Assembly (NCBI RefSeq): GCF_964204645.1 | Contig: NC_134028.1 | Span: 24,362,345-24,426,344, forward strand | DNA: 64,000 nt | Reading direction: 5' to 3' | Origin: Tubulanus polymorphus | Lineage: Eukaryota; Animalia; Nemertea | Shown: piece by piece, positions 28,147-38,415 of the stretch | Layout: every line of letters starts with the position of its first letter | Position numbering within the stretch: position 1 is the first letter of the stretch | Position numbers and translations under genes: made by a program | Notes under the pieces: generated by a model | Told to the model about the DNA's origin: nothing | What the model saw: the letters and a program-made list of their open reading frames with translations, nothing else | Databases searched by the model: none

Positions 28147-29423
28147 TCAGGGAGAGGAGAGCGCATTTTTTCTGTAAGTTCAGTAGGAAGGTTTCATGTC
28201 TGGTGCGTGCGGATGAGTACACCAGGTGGCGCTGATCAGTAGGAGAGACACGCTTGACGACGTTTAAGCGTCACTTCTTGGCGGTCAAGGTCGTGTCAGT
28301 ACGCAGACGGACGACAACTTGCACATTTTCTCTCGGCTTATATCATTTTCTGCGTTCGTCTCGCTCTTTACTCACTTCATTTGCTCCTTTGCACTGAAGA
28401 ACATCTGACAGTAATGTGGCACTACTAAAGAATCGGGGTCAATTATGTTGTTTAATTTTCTAATTCGACAATTCGTGATAGTACTTATTTCTACGTACCT
28501 TGTGGATCTTAGAGAGGTAAGAGGCCTCCTGAGTCGAGTTTCGAATCTCGTAAACCAGCATTTGTGACCCGTGGCTGTAGTTACAGTGTACTGTATATAT
28601 TTATGTATGTGTAATCACGGAGTAATTCAAGGATTACTCCAAGGTGTAATAGACTTACCGTAAGCGGTCGAATTGAGGATCGTTTGAGTGTAAAATATGG
28701 GGGGACGAAAAGACTTATTACCTCTAGCTACTCGTTTACTTCCGGGTTCAGTTAAGCTGTGATGTACCTATTTGTATAATTGTATAAAGGAATATATTCT
28801 TCTACGACGATGAAGGCTGAGTGCCAATCAAAATAACATATTACAAACATTATTATAATATATCAATTGTTCTTGTAAGAAACGATACTATGCTATTAAC
28901 TTTATACAATTGGTTGTGATGGAATCACAAATTAAGAGATTGTATTTTTTTTTGTCTACCGAGATGTAATGATATTTCAGTTTGTTACAAATTTCTATTA
29001 TATTAGTGTATGTAATGATTGGGTTTGTTAATGATTTCTCTTATTTTTGTGTTTGATTATTATTACTTTTTAGAATCTTTCAGAACGGCACGCATTCCGC
29101 ATTTTTGAATTATCGCTTCCTTGTTCTGCCGTCTTTTTAAAGAGTTCACACTTAGAAAACAACTTGAAATACGATGTAGCAAACGTGTTATAGGTCAGCT
29201 GTACCCCCATTTCACATTTCTTTTGATTTACCCGAATAATATTTCCTGTGGCCATTTTACGAGGCCAATTTAGCGTTTAATAGTTTTGTATTTTGGGGAA
29301 AGCATCTTTATACAATAAGGAGAAGTTTCAATTCGTAAAATATCGATATCGTAATTTGTCTATAGGATCCTACTACTCGTTAGTCTGGTATTCAATATCT
29401 AGATATTTCATAAAGAAAAACTG

Positions 29424-29439
29424 AATAAAAACGAATAAA
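29424..29439 (+). terminator. tandem AATAAA polyadenylation signals, probable NDNF 3' end
   Basis: AATAAA at 29424 and 29434 followed by GT-rich sequence, about 1.3 kb after the stop codon. Confidence 0.5.
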
Positions 29440-30453
29440 AAATATTGTTTCAATGTGGTCGTATTGAACCGTTGAATGTTGTGTATCTCATTATAAAAAG
29501 AAATCTATGTAAAACAAGCCTGCTTCAGAATGTCTTTCAGTGCTACAGAATACGCACACGATACTGAAAAAAATACTAAGCTTTCAATTGATTACTAAGT
29601 GAACTTATGTCATTGTAGCTTTACTGAATGGGGGTTCGGAATTAATTTTTGAGCAGCCATCTTGGCCGGAAGTACCGCTGAGGTTGGTTATTTTGAACGG
29701 ATAATTTTGGCCGGAAGTACAGTACCTCTGAGGTTGGTTCTTACTAAAATGGCCGCTCGGAAATCAATAGATAACCAATTCAATATAGCTCACTCCGGAC
29801 TGATGTCCGAGCGGACTATTGCGTTCACTTTAAGTCCGTCGTCCGGACGTTCGCCTGTCCGTTAACAGAATTCAGTTACTTTGGAAAAGTTTTGAAGACG
29901 CTTCAAATTATACATGCATCTGTCCTAGATAAATCTGGATAAATACATGCATCTGTCCTGTCCCATATACAATTTGTCTATTCATATTTGTACCTTGCAT
30001 ATTTTGTAACCGCAATCAATTGCAAAGTTGTAGCTCATGGCATGTTCTATGATTGCGGTGAGTTTCAAGGTCGTTGTTTTAGTGTATATTTACCAGGGGG
30101 CATTGAATAATGAAATCATCAGATTGTTGAGCATCTCAAACCACTTCCTAAGTGGGCGTGGTGTCCCTCGACTCCTAGTTTAGATGATTAATGTACAATT
30201 GAATGCGCCTGATACATGTGTATGTGCTATGATAGTATTGCAGTATACACCTATCATCATGAGCGACGCGGAAAAATTACGCTCTCCACCACTCGTTAAT
30301 CCGACATCAAAGCATTTTAACCCAGCCATTGACAGACTCCTGATGAATGTGTCTGGCAAAGCCGCGCTACTGACCTTTAGAGTATGCACACCAAAAATGG
30401 TTAGACGACGAACACACTAACTGCCGAAACAAGACTTAATATCTATGTAATAT

Positions 30454-30489
30454 CATAGAACTCAAACCAAATTTGATTTGAGTTCTATG
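30454..30489. mobile_element. 36-bp hairpin insertion with 7-bp TSD
   Basis: catagaactcaaaccaaa/tttgatttgagttctatg is a near-perfect palindrome, flanked by GTAATAT on both sides. Confidence 0.7.
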
Positions 30490-31703
30490 GTAATATATCG
30501 CGCTCGATGTAAATGGTTTTAAATATTGATCTTTTCGCATCACTAGGGCTCTGATCATTATTCGTATATATTGCAACTGTTGTAAATAATATAAACAAGG
30601 CCAGTATACGAGACGTGTCATAGTCGTTTCTTTTTTCTCAATGTAAATTCTGATAATAGAGGTCGCTCGTTGCATGTGACGGATCGTTTGTTCGTGAAGC
30701 CATTCAAAGCGCTACCGAAAATCACAACCAAAATACCGCAATTTTTTCTAATTTCATTAGATTTTTGGAAACTATTTTTAATCCCGTTTCTAACACGCTT
30801 ATGAACGACGTGGTTTGACCGGTCAAGTATTACATTTGCATAAAATGGGGATAAAGGAACAAGTGGGACATGTCCAGTGAACATTAACATAGAATGGGGA
30901 TGTAGAAACTACCGAGATCGGTCATGCAAATTTTCGATATTGCACGCCCATCAATATGACGTCGTCATGTGACCAAAGCGTGACCTCCATAGACAATTGG
31001 ATGAGTAGAGCCATCCATGCTAGAACACACAAGATATACTTATTACTGTACCATTAATGTTTCCTGTGCCACTTTACTGAAAACAAATTATTTGCGCAGA
31101 CTACGGAAATTTATCAAAGATGAAAAGACAAAAAAGGTGTAAAATATGTATACAATATATTTATTCTTCATATGTAAAAAAAATCATACTGAAGTAAATG
31201 AAATAAAATGCTTTAAATATACATTTTCCGTTTCGTTTCTGCCATACGGTTCATTCATTTGTTCGTTCATTCGTTCATTCGTTCGTTCCACAATAGCCCT
31301 GTTACCAGCCCGATCATCCGGGGACCATTAGCTGCTGGTTGTTACTAGTTCTAGTTTAGTTAAGTTTAGTTTACTTTGCTCACTAAAAAGAATTTAGCTG
31401 AAGAATCTACAATTCATGTGTTAATACATGTGTCGGTAGGACAATATTTAAAAAACGTCTATAATTTACACTACACATTTCATTTACAACAAAAGCAGAG
31501 ATAATATTTTCGATTCATTCGTAGAAAATTGTGAAATGATGACGTTACAGTAAATACAATAACCAAATCGTGAATTCATTAATGTTCAAACTTACTTATA
31601 CAGTACTATCGACTGTTACTCGAAGTTCGATGAAATGCTGGAAAAATCCAATATTGAATTTAGATTAAAATCTGTTTTTTTAAGGCGGCATCTGTCGCTT
31701 CTG

Positions 31704-31748
31704 TATAAATATTCGAATCGTAGGCCCCTGATAGAATACTGTTTAAAG
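31704..31748 (+). promoter_or_regulatory. TATA box and short non-coding first exon of TIMP copy A
   Basis: TATAAAT at 31704, donor AAAG|GTAAGT at 31748/9. The donor is conserved in copy B (33739/40), where the TATA position reads TTTAAAT. Confidence 0.55.
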
Positions 31749-31839
31749 GTAAGTGATGCGCGTATATTTATTCTCGTGGCCGAATTATTTATTGCAGATA
31801 TATTTAAAGATAACCGTTTGATTGTAGTTTAAAGCAGAT

Positions 31840-32599
31840 ATGGCGAACATCATTTTGAGTTTGGTTGTTGTATTGACGACTTTGCTGGTTTTCGGCAAGA
31901 CGTGTTCATGCCCCAACATGCAAAAACCACTTAATGAAAGGTTTTGTAGCGCCAATTTTGGTAAGATTGTTATCACTCCGACAAAATGCGAGGTTTATTA
32001 AATAATGCCAAAAGTCGTTTTAAATAGATCATCATCCAACATAGTGTTATCAATATTTTAGTTATCCTCGGTAGACCTAAGAGAAATGATACGTTCATCC
32101 AGTCTGGACTGGTCATAGAGAATGATATGAGCGTTTTTGCGGTTTACAAGGTAATTTTCAATAAACCAAAATCACAACCGAGACTCGACAGATTTTACAC
32201 GCGGCCTTCTATTAAACCGTTAGACATCCCGGAGACCCTTACCAAGACTATCAACACATCATATTATTTGTGGTATTTTTGTTGTTTCGTTGCAGGGAAA
32301 CAAATACCAAGATTTCTCGAAGATATATTCGATCGCGCAATCAGCAGCATGCGGAATGCGTTTAAGGAGATGGGTTATCTACGTTATTTCTGGTAAGTCT
32401 TTAAGTATGTGTATTCCGACCTGTTTCTAGAGTTAAGATTCATACATAGAGTCAATTAATGAACTTACAAATTTTGCGGCGTATTTCAGGTTGGATAAAC
32501 AGCGATGGAAAACCTTATTTTAACTCATGTGGTTTCTCCCGGAAATGGAAAAGTTTGACAAGCGACGAGCAAAAATTTCTGATACAAAAAGAATGCTGA
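31840..32599 (+). CDS. TIMP: single-domain TIMP (N-TIMP/NTR fold) copy A, 138 aa; exons 31840-31960, 32062-32150, 32296-32392, 32490-32599
   Basis: All introns are GT-AG, phases 1,0,1. Translation: MANIILSLVVVLTTLLVFGKT|CSCPNMQKPLNERFCSANFVILGRPKRNDTFIQSGLVIENDMSVFAVYKGNKYQDFSKIYSIAQSAACGMRLRRWVIYVISGWINSDGKPYFNSCGFSRKWKSLTSDEQKFLIQKEC*. It has the C-x-C N-terminus, FCxAxFVI, VYKG, IYS..SAACG, YVISG, W..L and all 6 N-domain Cys. AATAAA at 32661. Confidence 0.9.
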
Positions 32600-33945
32600 A
32601 TCGACGCAATAACTTCTATCGAAATCTTCATCATTTCATTTTTGTTTATTTCTATTCAGAAATAAATTGACAATTCTTTCCCTTAACATACATGTCTTAC
32701 ATTTGCGAAAAGCATCGATTTGTCAATTGCTAAGAGGACGTGGGACAATGTATATTAGTTTTTTGGAACTATACAAATGAGATCGTAACGACGGAATGCT
32801 CCACATCAGCGAGAGTGGTACATGTATAAATCTGTTGGAGAGAACAGGTTCATACCGTTCGTAGAAATGAGAGTTAAATTTGTAATCCAGGCAGCAACAT
32901 GAATATTGAAGAATAGCGACTAAATATTACATTCAATCGAAAGCCTTTGAACCCCTTAGTTCCAGGTGTTTATATATATATTTGGAATGATATGATATAT
33001 CAGTATACAAAGTGTGAAAAAACTCTGTTGTCAAAAGGCTTGACAAATCATCGATATTGAACCAGCACTAAAAACGTCTATATCCTATACGTCAGGTGTT
33101 TCGTCAAAGTACCTTATAAATGTTGAAAACACATCTCAAGTATGAATTTGCCTAAAATATGAAATATGATAGTAGAGGCAGGGGACTATTTGATAAAGTC
33201 CATTCCATAAACAATGTGGAGCAGTGTGGAGTTTGGGGTGCCAGATGGTGGGTTCGAACCCCTTTCATTTATGTAGTGAACCAGGGCAAGACCTAATGTG
33301 AGGGGGCAGTACCTGGTCTGATAGATTAATCCTGGGCAGATAGATCTGTAACTTTGATGTAACTTCTGCGCTCAATTGGGAACACGCCTTGTGAGTTTGA
33401 GTAGTAGATCTGGTGCCACTATTCTCAATGAAGAGATGACTGTCGTCTCGACTGTCTAGAGTGTCACTGCTTCTCTTCTGTTCCCATTTACATTAGGCGT
33501 TAGAAAACAACGGACAGAATTATCCATTTCTTCATCGAAAATCGTTAGATATTCGTTTTTAAGTAAAATGCGCCGAACTTACATCATGAAAAGTACCATC
33601 GACTTTTACTCGATATGATCGATCAAATACTGGAAACAACTAATATTGAATTAAGATTAGAATGTGTTTTTATAAGGCGGCAGCTGTCGCTTCTTTAAAT
33701 ACTAGCATCGTAGGCCTGTCATAGCATATCGGCTGAAAGGTAAGTGACGCACGTATATTCATACTGGTGGCCAAATAATTCATTATAAATGAATAAATAC
33801 TTTCATAAATCACCAGTTGTCAAATTAGTTTCATCAAAAACTATTATCAGATGAGAATATACCTTCATCATAACAATTCAGTTTGAGCTGTATATATTTC
33901 TTTTCATAATATCATTAGAGTAAAACCGTTTGATTAAAAGCAGGC

Positions 33946-34693
33946 ATGGCGAACATCATTTTGAGTTTGGTTGTTGTATTAACGACTTTGCTGGTTTTCG
34001 GCGAGACGTGCCGTTGCGCCCGGCAAAAACCACTAAGTCAAAGGTTTTGTGAGGCCGGATTCGGTAAGATCTTTATCACTCCAACAAACATACCATAATT
34101 ACTGTAACCACTGGGCGTGAAAGAATGCCAAAAGTCGTTTTAAATAGATAATCATCCGACATAGTCTCTTATCGATCGTTTAGTTATCCTCGCTGGAACG
34201 ATAAAAAATGATACGCTCGTCCAGTCTGGACTGGTCATAGAGAATGAGATGAGCGTTTTTGCAGTTTACAAGGTAATTTCCAATGATCCAATGTAACGTC
34301 TGACACTCGACAAACCTTAGCCGGGGTTTAGTTTCACGCCGGCATGAACGTACCGTTATCTGCATCGTTTTTGAGTGCTGTTTTATTGCAGGGTGACAAA
34401 TACCAAGATTACTCGAAGATATATTCCCGCGTTGGATCAGCAACATGTGGAATGCGTTTAAGGAGATGGGTTATCTACGTTATTTCTGGTAAGTCTTTAA
34501 ACATGTTTATTCCGCCGACCTGTTTTTAAAGTTGAGATTGAAACATAGAATCGATTAATGTATTTAAATTTTGCGTATTTTAGGTAGGATAGGGAGCAAT
34601 GGAAAACCTTACTTTAACGTGTGTGGTTTCAACCGGCAATGGAATGATTTGACAAGCGACGAGGAAAAGTTGCTGATACAAAAAACATGTTGA
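33946..34693 (+). CDS. TIMP: single-domain TIMP copy B, 137 aa; exons 33946-34063, 34184-34272, 34392-34488, 34584-34693
   Basis: Same exon structure as copy A. Translation: MANIILSLVVVLTTLLVFGET|CRCARQKPLSQRFCEAGFVILAGTIKNDTLVQSGLVIENEMSVFAVYKGDKYQDYSKIYSRVGSATCGMRLRRWVIYVISGRIGSNGKPYFNVCGFNRQWNDLTSDEEKLLIQKTC*. AATAAA at 34755. Confidence 0.9.
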
Positions 34694-36311
34694 ATTGACA
34701 CAATAACTTCTATCCAAATCTTCATCATTTCATTTTTGTCTTTTTCTATTTAGAAATAAAACTTTTCTATGCCTTAATTAACACGTCTTACTTTTGCACC
34801 TAAAACAGTGATTTGTCACTTTCTAAAGGGGATATACTACGGTGTAACAATAAAAAGCCTTTTTTACAGTTTCCAGGCTCCATTTTTTGGGTACCCGCTG
34901 GGTCCGCATTGTTGAGTTTTTGTCCCTATTTTTTCCCCGTTCAATTTTTTTATTTCGTTCATATCTCTGGATTGGATTAAGATAGAAACAAAGTAAAAAT
35001 ATCGATGAACTCAGCAGATAATTAACCTTTTTATGAGAAAGCCTTCATCATTTCACTTTTGTTTATTTGTAGTTAGAAATAAAGTGACTATCCTTTCCCT
35101 GGACCTATGTCTTATTTAACACCTTAAACATCGGTATGTAAATCGCAAAGAGAATATGGAACTATATAATGGTAGATATCAAGGGACCGATCAGTGCTAA
35201 GTTAGGCGTAAGTGTGTCATTGGCACTCAGATTCGGTTGTTAAGATCAAGATTTCAATTCCATCTTTCCAGAAATTATACATTTTTTTCGAGCACAAGAT
35301 ACAAAATAATAAAAACTAACAGTTACAGTTACTCCAGATTTTACACAGTTCGCTTATATCATTATATTCGGAAGTAGATGTACGCAGCGATGACTACATA
35401 ATGATATCTGCCTTTTTACAAATACTGCTGGCTTCCTTGTTAAGGTATTTGGGTCTACTGAAGTAAACAGATTCATTTTCTTAATTTGGGAAAGTTACTA
35501 GTTACTGAGGTCTTCTCAAACGTTCGAAGAAAGTACACACCATTAAAAGATGGTATTCATCGCCGATTTTGCTGTGGATTTTGGGCGCTTTATATACGCA
35601 TTGGTTTATTGAATTAACGTATCAATGAACATATCGGGCTAAATATCAGATTTTTCAGTAGAGCTCTCGTGGATGACGAAGGATATCGAGCACAAACTCG
35701 CCATCTGGCGGTGGACAGCTATACTAATTGATAACATCGCGTCTTCGTTGAGTATGCACGACCGAACGAATAGACCGAAGTTAATTTACTTTCGAGATCG
35801 AAACTCATCGACGTCAAGATGATACCTGCGGAGAGTGAGAGAGGAGAGAAAGGCGGTTACTGATGAAGAATGACATGAGGCGTATGCTCCGATGCATTCA
35901 CGACACGAGGTGTGATAAACTTATTATTCTCAACATCACTGACCACTGATAAGTTCACATTCACTATTCGAAAAGGTAAGACATTAACTGCACTATACAA
36001 TACGAATGAACAGTTTACTTCAATTTCCAGATTATTAATTGCTACCTTGGAATTTTGCGTAATCAGTCACAACGATTACTCCAAGCTTGAACTAAATGTC
36101 TACGTTTGCATTATCTACCACATTTTATGTAATCATCGCATCAGTCCCGCTTGTAGACATATGTCCTGTGATGTATCCCCACGGTCACGTGATGCATGTT
36201 TTTCCATCCCATTGATTAAGCTGGTGATCGTCGCAGTGTTATAAAGTCTGTTTGTGAGTCCGAAACGTTTCCTTCCGCATTCGACGTTTCGGTTTTATCC
36301 TAATACGGAGC

Positions 36312-36535
36312 ATTCCTGAAGATGACTACATAAGACTCTGCTCAAGTCGGATTATTTGGGACCGTTAGAATGTGTCCGACTTGAGTTAATATCTGAGGTC
36401 GATGTTTGTTAGATCTTAAATAGTGTCACAAAAATACGTATTTCAACACACGACTGAGTTGACCGGTTATCAGAGTCGATCGGGGTCCAACTCGGGCGAA
36501 GTCTACTGTATTCAAATATAGTCGAAACATCGAAT
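36312..36535 (+). ncRNA. Penelope-type hammerhead motif interrupted by a MITE
   Basis: ATTC-CTGAAGA-T-GACTA-[180-bp insertion]-...TAGTC-GAAA-CATC-GAAT-AAA, followed by the related flank tatcagctcaggaaaacatt. Confidence 0.55.
36329..36508. mobile_element. Tc1/mariner-pogo-type MITE with TA target duplication
   Basis: Imperfect TIRs cataagactctgctcaagtcgga / tccaactcgggcgaagtctactg, with TA on both sides. Confidence 0.6.
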
Positions 36536-37969
36536 AAATATCAGCTCAGGAAAACATTTTCAACTCGTTTTTTTCTCAGTGTTGGATTCTATATTATTCG
36601 GTGATCATCCAAACACACATATGAGATGGAATATATATTGCCAATTTACGGAATGTTGTTTTGATATTCGTGCGTCTGAGAACCTCAAAATAACTCATTT
36701 GCTACCACTGACAATCTCTCGGCGTTTGATAATCAGAATTATTACAAAAAGTCGAACGAAGACACGTAATCGGGTTACCTGCGCATACAGTCAAAGCTCG
36801 TCATAACACCGCGACCGTGCGGACTGTTTGGCGCTAAATCCATATTTCTGCGATTAGACAGCAAATTCAGACGATGCAGCATCAGCCATGAAAAAAGTCA
36901 GCAAAAACAACTAATCTTTATCTCTAATATACATATAACATTATGTATTAGAAAAATAGTGAGGCGAGGTGACAGGGTTATACAAGGTTTATATAGGCAA
37001 GTTAACGTAACACAAAGGGCAGCAGGTTACACATCATCACAGTGATCACATCCGCGAACGACACCGATCACGGTCAACGGGGCACGTGCCTTCAACAGAG
37101 GACCAAGCAGATTATGGCAATACGAAGAGCAAATTTTGAATCATAAACAATGGTATTTTCATCACATTTGAGTTAAGCATCATCTTCGTCCTCGCAAAAA
37201 ATGCAGGAATATATGAATTAGCGAATAGCATGACACCGATACGTAGACCTATTTTTTTCCGTACGTGTGAACATTGGTAGAAAGTATTGCATGATAACGA
37301 GCTGGTTCAACAAAGTACAACATAGATTTTTCTGATTACCACTAATACAGATGATGATCTTTCTCATTGATCGATAACGAAGCATTCGGTACCTGATGCT
37401 GATCAATATGTCATGTCACGTGCTGTACAATTTCATGCACAATATGTTATGATATGAGATATGAAAGTATGGTTTGTTTTCGTGTGAAATCGTTACAACA
37501 TTAACGAATTATCATTATAGACATGAAAAATGTAGGACTGCCTCGAAGCAATGCGTAGAGCTCGAGCGAGAAAGCAGTCCTAGAAAAGAAAGAAAGTAAA
37601 TTAAGGGGAAAGTTATGCGAGCTCATAAGATCATTTACCATAGAAGCGTAAACACGATGAATCTAATTTTCAAATCAGTAAATAAGTTTATTAATAATAA
37701 TAATAGAAACTATATTGTCAAATAACATTAATTTTATGAAAAATACATAATTAACAATATTTAGTACAAAGATGGCGGATAACCGCATACAAAGATAATG
37801 CGGATATTAGTACGGAGAGTAGAAAGGGGTCTTCTTTAGGACTTTATTAACAACGGACGTTTTCGGGAACATTTCCCCTCATCAGGTATAAAACAAGTGA
37901 CTACAAATGGAAAACATAGAACTATTTATATACAAACATATCGTTGGTAATTTTCGGTTTGTAATAACT

Positions 37970-38032
37970 GCGCTGTTCTCGTGCTGTTGTCGTGCTGTTG
38001 TCGTGCTGTTCTCGTGCTGTTCTCGTGCTGTT
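37970..38032. repeat. 11-bp minisatellite, about 6 copies
   Basis: Unit gtgctgtt(c/g)tc. Confidence 0.9.
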
Positions 38033-38300
38033 GGTTGATTCAGACTTTTGAGCACCTGATCCAGGTACGACGGTCCCCACTTGGATTTTAACCTCGGGGT
38101 AAAATTATTCAATTTCAAATAAGTTTACTCCGAGGTCAAACCTCAACTCATAACTGGATTGATAGCGATCTTCTCACAACTTGCGCGACTGGGTCTCGTT
38201 TCGTGGTATGAGGAAATTACCTTACCGAGGATCGCTTTATAAAACCGGATGGAATAATTGCTTCGGATATCGATTTATTTTCTACGAGAAAAAGAAATTT

Positions 38301-38314
38301 CATCATCGTCGTCG

Positions 38315-38372
<58 letters not shown>

Positions 38373-38415
38373 TAGGATCGTTGTCGCTAACGTAACGACG
38401 ACGACGACGACGACG
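38301..38415. repeat. (CAT)n with (CGT)/(CGA)n microsatellites
   Basis: Direct read; explains the poly-His and poly-Met ORFs. Confidence 0.95.

Larger units (their letters stand above)
31588..34840 (+). repeat. tandem segmental duplication carrying the two TIMP genes (about 31588-32760 vs about 33576-34840)
   Basis: Promoters, introns and 3' UTRs of the two copies align by eye. Confidence 0.85.
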
